Shown: positions 9,268 to 18,358 of the stretch, piece after piece
Position numbering within the stretch: position 1 is the first letter of the stretch
Layout: each line of letters opens with the position of its first letter
Assembly (NCBI GenBank): GCA_963737365.1
Contig: CAVTSD010000008.1
Location: forward strand, 23,504-87,503
Direction of reading: 5' to 3'
Length of the DNA: 64,000 nucleotides
DNA from: an uncultured Alphaproteobacteria bacterium
GTDB taxonomy: Bacteria > Pseudomonadota > Alphaproteobacteria > Rhizobiales > Beijerinckiaceae
Translations under genes and position numbers: made by a program
The notes under the pieces: generated by a model
The model's input: only the letters and a program-made list of their open reading frames with translations
Told to the model about the DNA's origin: nothing
Database searches by the model: none

Positions 9268-11058
9268 ATGCCGACGTACAAAGCCCCGGTGAGCGATACC
9301 GTCTTTTTACTGACCGACGTCTTCGACTACGCCAAATATACGAACAGCCCCGGCTTCTCCGAGGCGCCAATCGATGTCGTTGAAGCCGTCCTCAGCGAAG
9401 GCGCGAAATTTGTCGAAGAGGTCATTCAGCCGCTCAACCGCATTGGCGACATCGAAGGCTGCAAGCGGCATGACAACGGCGAGGTAACCACCCCCAAGGG
9501 TTTCAAGCACGCTTATCAGGCCCTGGTCGAAGGCGGCTGGGTTGGCCTGGCAGGCGATCCCAACTTTGGCGGTCAGGGCCTGCCGATGTTCCTGGCGGCG
9601 CTGTTCGGCGAATACGAGTGCTCCGCCAATATGGCCTTCTCGATGTATCCGGGCCTCACTCGCGGCGCCGTGGCAGCGTTATCGGTCCATGGCGGCGACG
9701 ATCTCAAGTCCCGCTACTTGCCGAAAATGACGACCGGCGAGTGGGCGGGGACGATGAACCTGACTGAACCGCAATGTGGGACTGACCTCGGGCTCATCAA
9801 GACGAAGGCCATCCCGCAAGCAGACGGCTCCTACGCGATCACCGGCCAGAAGATCTTCATCTCGGCCGGCGAGCATGATCTGACGGATAACATCGTTCAT
9901 CTCGTGCTCGCGCGCATTGAAGGCGCGCCAGCAGGCACGAAGGGCATTTCGCTGTTCCTCGTGCCGAAGTTCCTCCCCGACGCCGACGGCGCCCCGGGCG
10001 AACGGAACGGCGTCGTCTGCGGCTCGATCGAGCACAAGATGGGCATTCACGGCAATTCGACTGCGGTCCTCAACTATGACGGCGCCAAGGGATGGTTGGT
10101 CGGCGAGGAGAACCGAGGCTTGCCGGCGATGTTCGTGATGATGAACGGCGCCCGGCTTGGGGTCGCCGTCCAGGGTCTTGGGATTTCCGAGGTCGCCTAT
10201 CAGAACGCGGCAGCCTACGCCAAGGAGCGTCGTCAGGGCCGCTCGCTAAAGGGCGCGGCCGAGCCCGACACAGCCGCCGACCCCCTGTTGGTCCATCCTG
10301 ACGTGCGGCGCATGCTGCTCGAAATCCGCGCCTTCAACGAGGCCGCGCGCGCGCTTCTGGTATGGACCGCTCTCGCCGAGGACGAGTCGCGCAAAGCTCC
10401 GGACGCGAAGACAAAGCAGATGGCCGAAGATCGGCTCGGCTTGATCACGCCCGTGCTCAAAGGCGTATTCACCGATTATGGATTCGCCAACGCGGTCAAG
10501 GCGCAGCAGGTGCTCGGGGGCCACGGCTATATCGCGGAATGGGGCATGGAGCAGTTCGTGCGCGACGCGCGCATAGCCATGATCTACGAAGGCGCGAATG
10601 GCGTGCAGGCGCTTGATCTCGTCGGCCGCAAGCTGGCTAAGGACGGCGGCCGCGCATTGATGGCGTTCTTCGGCGAAATCAACGGCTTCCTCGCCGCCAA
10701 TAAGGATGACGCGGCGCTCGCGCCATACGTGAGCGCCCTCAAGTCCTCGCTTGGTCACCTTCAGCAAGCCACGATGTGGCTCTCGGCCAATGGCCTCAAG
10801 AATCCCAATGACGCCGGGGCCGGCTCCTATGATTATATGCACCTCATGGGCCTGACCGCGCTCGGCTACATGTGGGCGCGGATCGTCAAGGCGGTGCTCG
10901 GTCGACAAGCAAGGTCGGAGAGCACGCCCGCCCTTGACGCGAAATTGACCCTCGCCAAGTTCTTCAACGAGCGTATGCTCCCGGAAACGGCAGCGCATCT
11001 GACGCGGCTCAGCGCCGGCGCCGAAGCCCTCATGGCGCTTCCGGCAGAAGCGTTCTGA
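9268..11058 (+). CDS. Acyl-CoA dehydrogenase (long ~600 aa type)
   Basis: GTMNLTEPQCGTDLG, GQKIFIS, EHKMGIHG, GGHGYIAEW, IYEGANGVQA; SD GGAG before ATG 9268. Confidence 0.95.
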   Translation: MPTYKAPVSDTVFLLTDVFDYAKYTNSPGFSEAPIDVVEAVLSEGAKFVEEVIQPLNRIGDIEGCKRHDNGEVTTPKGFKHAYQALVEGGWVGLAGDPNFGGQGLPMFLAALFGEYECSANMAFSMYPGLTRGAVAALSVHGGDDLKSRYLPKMTTGEWAGTMNLTEPQCGTDLGLIKTKAIPQADGSYAITGQKIFISAGEHDLTDNIVHLVLARIEGAPAGTKGISLFLVPKFLPDADGAPGERNGVVCGSIEHKMGIHGNSTAVLNYDGAKGWLVGEENRGLPAMFVMMNGARLGVAVQGLGISEVAYQNAAAYAKERRQGRSLKGAAEPDTAADPLLVHPDVRRMLLEIRAFNEAARALLVWTALAEDESRKAPDAKTKQMAEDRLGLITPVLKGVFTDYGFANAVKAQQVLGGHGYIAEWGMEQFVRDARIAMIYEGANGVQALDLVGRKLAKDGGRALMAFFGEINGFLAANKDDAALAPYVSALKSSLGHLQQATMWLSANGLKNPNDAGAGSYDYMHLMGLTALGYMWARIVKAVLGRQARSESTPALDAKLTLAKFFNERMLPETAAHLTRLSAGAEALMALPAEAF

Positions 11059-11085
11059 GAGCGCGTTTCAGGGAGGTTTAGAGCG

Positions 11086-11553
11086 ATGGCGATCGATGCG
11101 GCGGCTGGCTTGGCGGGAGGTTGCCAGTGCGGCGCCGTGCGCTATCGCCTGACCGGCGAGCCGATCGGCGCCAACATCTGCCATTGCCGAATGTGCCAGA
11201 AGGCAAGCGGAGGTCCGTTCATGGCCTTCGCCGGCGTGCGGGTTTCTGAGTTTATCGTCACCAGCGGCGCGATCGCAACCTTCTCAAGTTCGGACATCGC
11301 CAAGCGCGGCTTCTGCGCGCGATGCGGCACACCCCTGACCTATGAAGGCTTGGGCGGCGATCACGTCAGCGTCACCCTCGGCAGCCTCGATGATCCCGGC
11401 GCAATTGAGCCTAGGACGCAGCTTGGTGTCGAGTCGAGGGTCGGCTGGCTTGATCATTCCCTGGGCCTTCCCGAGATTCGCACGGAACAATGGCTGGCGA
11501 AGAAAAAGATCGCGGCCGTTAGTAATCACCAACACCCAGATCACCAGACCTGA
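11086..11553 (+). CDS. GFA-family (glutathione-dependent formaldehyde-activating-like) Zn-binding protein
   Basis: GGCQCGAVRY, CHCRMCQK, RGFCARCGTPL. Confidence 0.9.
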   Translation: MAIDAAAGLAGGCQCGAVRYRLTGEPIGANICHCRMCQKASGGPFMAFAGVRVSEFIVTSGAIATFSSSDIAKRGFCARCGTPLTYEGLGGDHVSVTLGSLDDPGAIEPRTQLGVESRVGWLDHSLGLPEIRTEQWLAKKKIAAVSNHQHPDHQT

Positions 11554-11591
11554 CGAAGCATCGCGGCCCGCGAGCCGCATGGAGAGACACG

Positions 11592-12800
11592 ATGACCGAA
11601 GCCATCATCTACGACCACGTGCGAACGCCGCGCGGGCGTGGCAAACCCGACGGCTCGCTGCATACCGCGTCCACGCTGCATTTGGCTGCGACCGCGCTGA
11701 GAGCGATCAAGGAGCGCAACCATCTCGACCCCACCGAGGTCGACGACGTGGTGATGGGCTGCGTCGATCCGGTCGGCGAAGCGGGCGGCGACATCGCGCG
11801 GATGGGCGCACTCGCCGCGGGCTTTGGCGACACGGTGCCTGGGGTGCAGATCAACCGCTTCTGCGCATCGGGTCTCGATTCCGTCAATTTCGCCGCCGCG
11901 CAAGTGATGAGCGGCCAGCACGAGCTCACAATCGGCGGCGGCGTCGAATCGATGAGCCGCGTTGGCATCGGCGCCTCGGGCGGCGCATGGCCGGCTGATC
12001 CGTCGCTGGCGATCCCCGCTTATTTCATGCCTCAGGGCGTCTCGGCCGATCTCATCGCGACAAAATACGGCTTCTCGCGCGACGACGTCGACGCTTATGC
12101 GGTCGAGTTGCAGAAGCGCGCTGCGGCGGCCTGGAAGGAGGGCCGGTTCAAGAACTCCATCGCGCCGGTCCTCGACGTCAACGGCCTGCCGATGCTGGAG
12201 CACGACGAGCACATGCGTCCTGATACGAATATGCAGTCGTTAGCGTCCCTCAAGCCTTCGTTTGTCATTCCAGGCGAGCAAGGCGGCTTCGACGCGGTCG
12301 CTGTCCAAGCGCATCCTGATGTCGAGCGCATCATCCATGTTCATCATGCCGGCAATTCGTCGGGCATCGTCGACGGCGCCGCGGCGGTCCTGTTGGGCTC
12401 ACGCGAGGCCGGCGCCAAAGCGGGCCTTAAACCGCGCGCCAGAATCCGTGCGTTCGCCAACATCGGCTCCGAGCCTGCGATTATGCTGACGGGGCCGGTC
12501 GATGTGACCAAGAAGGTGTTGGCACGCTCGGGCATGTCGATCGACGACATTGACCTCTTCGAAATCAACGAGGCTTTCGCCTCGGTCGTTCTGCGCTTTC
12601 GACAGGCGTTCGACCTCGACGACAGCAAGGTCAACGTGAACGGCGGCGCGATCGCCATGGGGCATCCGCTCGGCGCAACCGGCGCGATGATCCTCGGCAC
12701 CGCGCTCGACGAGCTCGAGCGCACCGGCAAGGGCACGGCCCTCGTCACCTTGTGCATCGGCGGCGGTATGGGCACCGCGACGATCATCGAGCGCGTCTGA
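11592..12800 (+). CDS. fadA: Acetyl-CoA acyltransferase (thiolase)
   Basis: NRFCASG catalytic Cys, NEAFA, GGAIAMGHPLGATG, LCIGGGMG. Confidence 0.93.
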   Translation: MTEAIIYDHVRTPRGRGKPDGSLHTASTLHLAATALRAIKERNHLDPTEVDDVVMGCVDPVGEAGGDIARMGALAAGFGDTVPGVQINRFCASGLDSVNFAAAQVMSGQHELTIGGGVESMSRVGIGASGGAWPADPSLAIPAYFMPQGVSADLIATKYGFSRDDVDAYAVELQKRAAAAWKEGRFKNSIAPVLDVNGLPMLEHDEHMRPDTNMQSLASLKPSFVIPGEQGGFDAVAVQAHPDVERIIHVHHAGNSSGIVDGAAAVLLGSREAGAKAGLKPRARIRAFANIGSEPAIMLTGPVDVTKKVLARSGMSIDDIDLFEINEAFASVVLRFRQAFDLDDSKVNVNGGAIAMGHPLGATGAMILGTALDELERTGKGTALVTLCIGGGMGTATIIERV

Positions 12801-12822
12801 TCGCGAGACGGAGTTTCTCCTA

Positions 12823-15030
12823 ATGAACCTGACCAACTTTCGTTTCGAAACCGACGCCGACGGGATCGCGCTTGTCACCTGGGACATGCCGGGCCGATCG
12901 ATGAACGTGATCAACGCCGACGTCGTTGGCGACCTCGGCCAGATCACTGACAAGATCGCAAGCGATCCAGCGATCAAGGGGGCCGTCTTCACCTCCGGCA
13001 AAGATGGCTTCGCGGCGGGAGCCGACCTGACCATGCTCGAGACGGCGGGCAAGGAGTATGCGCGCCGCGCCAAAGCCGAAGGCAAGGAGGCCGCGATGCG
13101 CGCCTTTGTCGACGGGACCAAACAATTGTCGCTCGTCTACCGTCGGCTCGAAACCTGCGGCAAGCCGATCGCCGCCGCGATCAACGGTGTCTGCATGGGC
13201 GGCGGTTTCGAACTGGCGCTGGCGTGCCACTACCGCGTCGTTGCGGAAACGGACAAGGCGCGCGTCGGACTGCCGGAGATCAAGGTCGGCCTCTTTCCCG
13301 GCGCCGGCGGCACACAGCGCGTCGCGCGGCTGATGCCAACGCCAGACGCTCTGCAGATGCTGCTCAAAGGCGATCAGATTCGCCCCGCGGCCGCGAAGAA
13401 GATGGGCCTCGTGCATGAGGTCGCGCCTGCCGATCAGATCGTTGCGCTCGCCAAGGCTTGGGTGAAGGCGAACCCGAGCGCCAAGGCCCCCTGGGACGAT
13501 CCGAAATTCAAGCTTCCGTCCGGCAAGGTGTTCTCGCCTCAGGGCATGATGATCTGGCCGCCGGCCAACGCCATCTATCGCCGCGAGACCTATGACAATT
13601 ACCCTGCGGCCAAGGCGGTTCTGACCTGCGTGTTCGAAGGGCTGCAGCTGCCTATGGACTTGGCGCTCGCCGGCGAGGCGAAGCACTTCGCCAACATCCT
13701 CCTGTCGAAGGAAGCGGCGGCGATGATCCGTTCGCTGTTCCTTTCGATGGGCGAACTGAACAAGGGCGCGCGCCGCCCAGCGGGCGTAGCGGCGACAAGC
13801 GTTCGCAAGGTAGGCGTCCTCGGCGCGGGTTTGATGGGCGCCGGAATCGCCTACGTTTCGGCGAACGCCGGACTCGATGTTGTCCTCATCGACCGCGACC
13901 AAGCGTCGGCCGACAAGGGCAAGGCCTATTCCGACAAGCTCATCAGCTCCCAGATCGCTAAGGGTCGCGCGAAGACTGCGGACAAGGAGGCGCTGCTCGC
14001 CCGCATCAAGCCGACGGGGGATTATGCCGAGCTCAAGGGCTGCGATCTGATCGTCGAGGCGGTGTTCGAGGATCGCGCAGTCAAAGAAGAAGCAACGAAG
14101 AAGGCGCAGGCCGTTGTCGGACCCGACGTCGTCTTCGCCAGCAACACCTCGACCCTGCCGATCAGCTCGCTTGCCGGCACATCGCTGAAGCCGGAGGATT
14201 TCATCGGCGTGCATTTCTTCTCGCCCGTCGAGAAAATGATGCTGACCGAAATCATCATGGGCGAGAAAACCGGCGCGAAGGCGCTCGCCACGGCGATGGA
14301 TTTCGTCCGAGCGATCAAAAAGACACCGATCGTGGTCAACGATTGCCGCGGTTTCTACGTCAATCGCTGCGTCGGCGCCTACATGGTGGAAGCGCACGCG
14401 ATGGTGATGGAAGGCGTGCCGGCGGCGATGATCGAGAACGCCGCCAAGATGGCCGGCATGCCCGTTGGGCCGCTCGCGCTCAATGACGAAGTCGGCGTCG
14501 ACCTCAGCTGGCGGATCCTCCAGGCCGCGAAGACGGACCTTGGCGCGAACGCCATTAATCCTGCCCAAGAAAAGCTCATTGAGGCCATGGCGGTTAAGGA
14601 AGGTCGCTCGGGCCGTAAGAACGGCAAGGGGTTTTACGACTATCCGGCGAATGGGCCGAAGAGCCTCTGGCCTGGGCTGGCCAAGATCGTCGGCAAGCGG
14701 CTCGATCCAGACACCATCAGCGTCAAGGATGTGAAGGATCGCTTCCTCTTCAGCGTGGCGCTCGAGGCCGCCCGATGCATGGAAGAGGGGATCATCACCG
14801 ATCCGCGCGAGGCCGATGTCGGCTCGATCCTGGGCTTTGGCTTTGCGCCCTATTCGGGCGGCGCGCTGTCGTTCATCGACGGCATGGGTCTGAAGGTTTT
14901 CGTCGCGCGCGCTAAGGGTCTCGCGGCTGAATATGGGCCCCAATTTGAGCCAGGGGCTAAGCTCGCCGAGATGGCGGAGCGCGGCGAAACGTTCTATAGC
15001 GCCTATGGCGGGAGCCGGAAGGCGGCCTGA
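12823..15030 (+). CDS. fadB: Multifunctional enoyl-CoA hydratase / 3-hydroxyacyl-CoA dehydrogenase (FadB/FadJ type)
   Basis: Crotonase domain (GGGFELALAC, GLPEIKVGLFPGAGG) plus HAD domain (VLGAGLMGAGIA, SNTSTLPI, HFFSPV). Confidence 0.95.
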   Translation: MNLTNFRFETDADGIALVTWDMPGRSMNVINADVVGDLGQITDKIASDPAIKGAVFTSGKDGFAAGADLTMLETAGKEYARRAKAEGKEAAMRAFVDGTKQLSLVYRRLETCGKPIAAAINGVCMGGGFELALACHYRVVAETDKARVGLPEIKVGLFPGAGGTQRVARLMPTPDALQMLLKGDQIRPAAAKKMGLVHEVAPADQIVALAKAWVKANPSAKAPWDDPKFKLPSGKVFSPQGMMIWPPANAIYRRETYDNYPAAKAVLTCVFEGLQLPMDLALAGEAKHFANILLSKEAAAMIRSLFLSMGELNKGARRPAGVAATSVRKVGVLGAGLMGAGIAYVSANAGLDVVLIDRDQASADKGKAYSDKLISSQIAKGRAKTADKEALLARIKPTGDYAELKGCDLIVEAVFEDRAVKEEATKKAQAVVGPDVVFASNTSTLPISSLAGTSLKPEDFIGVHFFSPVEKMMLTEIIMGEKTGAKALATAMDFVRAIKKTPIVVNDCRGFYVNRCVGAYMVEAHAMVMEGVPAAMIENAAKMAGMPVGPLALNDEVGVDLSWRILQAAKTDLGANAINPAQEKLIEAMAVKEGRSGRKNGKGFYDYPANGPKSLWPGLAKIVGKRLDPDTISVKDVKDRFLFSVALEAARCMEEGIITDPREADVGSILGFGFAPYSGGALSFIDGMGLKVFVARAKGLAAEYGPQFEPGAKLAEMAERGETFYSAYGGSRKAA

Positions 15031-15119
15031 ACTTTAGCTGCACGTCTTCCCTGGTTGTTTTGCCAGGCTTCTAAAGGATAGCGGCCCACACTCAATTGGT
15101 ACTCACTGGCTTCGGCTGC

Positions 15120-15132
15120 TAACAAGCTGATT
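15120..15132 (-). promoter_or_regulatory. Possible IHF site adjacent to the sigma-54 promoter
   Basis: Minus strand AATCAG-CTTG-TTA, one mismatch to WATCAANNNNTTR, immediately upstream of the -24 element. Confidence 0.35.
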
Positions 15133-15147
15133 TGGCACACTTTTTGC
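15133..15147 (+). promoter_or_regulatory. Sigma-54 (RpoN) -24/-12 promoter
   Basis: TGGCAC-ACTTT-TTGC, exact match to TGGCAC-N5-TTGC, about 65 nt upstream of the usg ATG. Confidence 0.7.
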
Positions 15148-15213
15148 GGAACCAATGGTTGTCGGACTGCGTTGCAACTGTCACCATCGCAGTCTGGGAA
15201 TCAGGAGACCCGC

Positions 15214-15483
15214 ATGGCCAGCGCCGAGTTCCGCCGTCAGCTCGAGGGGTTTGGGTTGACGACCGCCAACATTCTCTACCGCATGCCTGATCACCCGGAT
15301 ATTTTGCAGAATTTCATCTGGCAGCAGCACGACCTTCACCCGCATTTTCCCGAACTCAAGAAATTCCTCGACTTCTGGACGCGCGAGTTAGACGGCCTGC
15401 TTCATTCCGTAACGGTGGCGCATTCTCGGCTCATCAAGCCGGCCGAATTCAAAGCCATCGGCGCGGAATTCCGATTGCACTAA
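15214..15483 (+). CDS. usg: Usg-family protein
   Basis: FRRQLEGFGLTTANILYRMPDHPDILQNFIWQQHDLHPHFPELKKFLDFW; SD AGGAG before ATG 15214. Confidence 0.88.
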   Translation: MASAEFRRQLEGFGLTTANILYRMPDHPDILQNFIWQQHDLHPHFPELKKFLDFWTRELDGLLHSVTVAHSRLIKPAEFKAIGAEFRLH

Positions 15484-15798
15484 GCCTTTCGATCGGGGCG
15501 ATTCATCGCGACGGTGTCTCGGACGATTAGCACCGTCTTGAGGACTAAAATGCTTTGGCCACGCGCACGCGTACCTATACTTTAATTTATTGTACTTCAC
15601 AGGTTGAAGGCCAGTGGGGAGACGCCTGCGGCGCGCAGGTGCCCTTGTTTCTCACACAAAGGCGGGACGATCCGCCAACTTCTTCGCCGTGAAGTTAAAG
15701 CGCGTTAGGCTCAGTTTCTATAGAACCCTTGAGAGGTCGCGTCCGCGCGTCTAAAATCATATCACTGCAACAATTTCAGAACGTGCTGGAGCCCATGA

Positions 15799-16803
15799 AT
15801 GGAGCTGACAATTGCCGCGATTATTCCACTTTACAATGGTGCTGAGTTTATTGAGGAAGCAGTCCGAAGTGTTCTTAGGCAAACAGTTGCAGTAGACGAG
15901 ATCATTGTTGTCGATGATGGGTCCGTAGACGATGGACCATCAATCGTCGAAGATTTGGCCAAATATAACAAAATTACCCTTCTTCGCAAATCAAATGGCG
16001 GTCAATCATCTGCTCGCAATCTTGCGATCAGACATACCAAATGCTCTCATACGGCCCTGCTTGACCAAGACGACGTCTGGTATGACAACCATATCGATTT
16101 ACTTCGCAGACCGTTTTTAAAAAACAGCTGCCAAAACTTGGGCTTGGTATACGGGAATTTGGACCATGTAGACAAACTTGGCCAAATGATCAGCTACTGC
16201 TGTCTCGACAAGGTGCCGACAAAACATCCGAAGACATCGCTTCAACAATGCCTTGAGTATGATTTGTTTATTTTACCCAGCGCCTCACTCATATTTAACA
16301 AAGCAATGAATGCTGTTGGTCTATTTGATGAGAATTTATCAGGCTATGAAGACGATGATCTTTTTACTCGCATGTTCTTTGCCGGATATCGCAGTATTTA
16401 TCTAAACGTTGCTGTAACTAAATGGAGAATTTATCATTCGTCCTCATCCTTCAGTCCAAGAATGGCGCAATCTCGTTTGACTTATTTCAAAAAGCAGCTC
16501 GAATTATTTTCTGACGATCCAGGCGTTGGATTGAACTGGAGCCAAGACGTCATTGGTCCGCGGTTCATGCGTACCGTCTACACCCAATTCGAGCACGCGG
16601 CTCAAAATGGCAATCTCCCGATGCTTGAACGTTCGTGGTCAGATATCAAAGAGATTGCGCCCGCAATGAGATCCAAAACCCGCCAAAACATCGAGCACAT
16701 CTCACCAATTATCCCCTTCCTTTATCGCAATCGTTTCAATAGATTAGCGACAGTTTTGGTTCGCCGCGCGATCGGTCGTTCGCTGCTCAAACGACACTCA
16801 TAG
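15799..16803 (+). CDS. Family 2 glycosyltransferase (low GC)
   Basis: IIPLYNGAEFIEEAVRSVL, IIVVDDGS, ARNLAI, LLDQDD (DxD), GYEDDDL. Confidence 0.9.
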   Translation: MELTIAAIIPLYNGAEFIEEAVRSVLRQTVAVDEIIVVDDGSVDDGPSIVEDLAKYNKITLLRKSNGGQSSARNLAIRHTKCSHTALLDQDDVWYDNHIDLLRRPFLKNSCQNLGLVYGNLDHVDKLGQMISYCCLDKVPTKHPKTSLQQCLEYDLFILPSASLIFNKAMNAVGLFDENLSGYEDDDLFTRMFFAGYRSIYLNVAVTKWRIYHSSSSFSPRMAQSRLTYFKKQLELFSDDPGVGLNWSQDVIGPRFMRTVYTQFEHAAQNGNLPMLERSWSDIKEIAPAMRSKTRQNIEHISPIIPFLYRNRFNRLATVLVRRAIGRSLLKRHS

Positions 16804-16851
16804 AAGAGGCCGAAGACAAGAGATCAAGCCGGGTGACGGATAGGAGAACCT

Positions 16852-17193
16852 TTAGCAGGCTGTTGAAGAAGTATCCCGTTTCGCTTTGAGGACGGCTTCG
16901 TCGCCGTTTCGGTATGCGAACTCGATCTCGAGAGTGCCATCGTCGAGGAGTTCGGCGGTCCCTTCGCCCTCGACCTCGTCGCCTTCCTCGCAACCGGCCC
17001 AGCGAAAGCCAATCGAGTCCCGAGCATATTCGACCTCGAGGCCAGCCTCCAGAGCGCCGAAGGCGATTTCGTCGCCTTGCGCGGTGATCGTCAGCGCCGC
17101 CGGGCCGCAGAGATCGAGGTGAGCACCATCCCAGAGGTCGGCCTCGACGATCCGCCAGCGGCCGATCAGTCGGCAGTTCGCCGGGCTCTTCAC
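16852..17193 (-). CDS. IS passenger hypothetical protein (acidic, beta-rich, 113 aa)
   Basis: GGAGG SD and GTG start overlapping the transposase TGA (GTGA); GRWRIVEADLWD...; reads through the left IR. Confidence 0.75.
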   Translation of the reverse strand: MKSPANCRLIGRWRIVEADLWDGAHLDLCGPAALTITAQGDEIAFGALEAGLEVEYARDSIGFRWAGCEEGDEVEGEGTAELLDDGTLEIEFAYRNGDEAVLKAKRDTSSTAC

Positions 17194-18358
17194 GCGCAGG
17201 CCTCCAAGAGCTTCTGCAACCGCAACAGATTGTAGGCGGCGGCCGCGAAGGTAAAGGCCCAACCGACGCGATCGCGGCCGCGGAACTTGGCCTTCTCCTG
17301 CCCGCCAATCGTCTTCATCCAGCCGAAGGCTTCCTCGATCCGTTTGCGGATGCGTTGGCTGACTGCATAGCCTGCATGCCGCGTTGTGCGGCTGTCGATC
17401 GCCGACGAGCGGCCATTCGCATTCTGCGCCACGTGGGGCGTCGCGTTCATCGAGCGCAGTTCATTGACGAAGTCCTCGGCGTCGTAAGCTTTGTCGGCGC
17501 CGAGCGTGATCGGCCTCGGCCGATCGGCGCGCGGCTCGATCATGTGCAGCGCCGCGATCCGCTCGGCGTGGCCATTCGCCTCGGTCAAGCAGGCGTCGAC
17601 GACGAGGCCGTTGCGGTTCTCCATCAGCGCGTGGCCCATGAAGCAGAGCTTCGCCTCCTTGCCCGGCCCTTTGCGATAGAGACGCGCGTCCGGATCGGTC
17701 GTCGAAGCGTGCGTCGCGTTCGAGCGCTTCTGGCCGTGAAAATCCGCCTCGCGGTTCCTCCTGCCGCCTGCCGTCGGAGGATCGCCCGAGCCGTCCTTCG
17801 GCCGAAAACTCTTCATCGAAGCCCACGCCTCGATCAGCGTGCCGTCGACCGAGAAATGATCCGCGCTGAGCAGTCGGTTCACACGCGGCTGCGAAAGCAC
17901 CGCGCCCAAGAGCTTGGCTGCGATGTCGCCCTCCAGAAGGCGCTCGCGGTTCTTGGAAAACGTCGAGTGGTCCCACGCCGCATCGTCAACGCCGAGGCCG
18001 ACGAACCAGCGAAAAAGCAGGTCGAACTCCAGCCGATCCATCAACTGCCGTTCCGAGCGGATCGAATAGAACGCCTGCAACAGCATCGCCCGAAGGAGCT
18101 TCTCCGGTGGGATCGAGGGACGGCCGCTCCGCGAATAAAGCGCCGAGAACGCGCCTGAAAGGGTCGAAAGCGCCTCGTTCACAATCCCGCGGATGGCCCG
18201 CAGCGGATGGTCCTTGCCGACCCGCGCTTCAAGATCGACGTAACTGAACAGCGACCCCGACCGCTCGTCCCCGCCTCGCATCCACTCGCCTCCGCCTAAG
18301 CGCAAGACGACAGAATCACATCACAATTCCCCCGGCCAGAGACTTTTTCAACGGCCTG
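16856..18358 (-). mobile_element. IS5-family insertion sequence, 1503 bp, with passenger ORF
   Basis: 17-bp terminal IRs CAGGCTGTTGAAGAAGT (16856-16872) and ACTTTTTCAACGGCCTG (18342-18358), 15/17 complementary; flanked by a TTAG direct repeat (16852-16855, 18359-18362), matching the YTAR target of IS5. Confidence 0.93.
17190..18281 (-). CDS. IS5-family DDE transposase
   Basis: MRGGDERSGSLFSY, GRPSIPPEKLLRAMLLQAFYSIRSER, WDHSTFSKNR, SVDGTLIEA, GADKAYD, RKRIEEAFGW. Confidence 0.95.
   Translation of the reverse strand: MRGGDERSGSLFSYVDLEARVGKDHPLRAIRGIVNEALSTLSGAFSALYSRSGRPSIPPEKLLRAMLLQAFYSIRSERQLMDRLEFDLLFRWFVGLGVDDAAWDHSTFSKNRERLLEGDIAAKLLGAVLSQPRVNRLLSADHFSVDGTLIEAWASMKSFRPKDGSGDPPTAGGRRNREADFHGQKRSNATHASTTDPDARLYRKGPGKEAKLCFMGHALMENRNGLVVDACLTEANGHAERIAALHMIEPRADRPRPITLGADKAYDAEDFVNELRSMNATPHVAQNANGRSSAIDSRTTRHAGYAVSQRIRKRIEEAFGWMKTIGGQEKAKFRGRDRVGWAFTFAAAAYNLLRLQKLLEACA

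Noticed and set aside
12820-14943. Long antisense ORF (707 aa) opposite fadB, and similar shadow ORFs opposite accC, atm1, ptrB and the acyl-CoA dehydrogenase
   Set aside because: Expected by-product of GC-rich codon bias on the coding strand; no recognisable motifs.
15131-15160. CIRCE (HrcA) element upstream of usg
   Set aside because: The left arm TTGGCACAC is similar but the right arm GAGTGCTAA is absent; the sigma-54 reading fits exactly.
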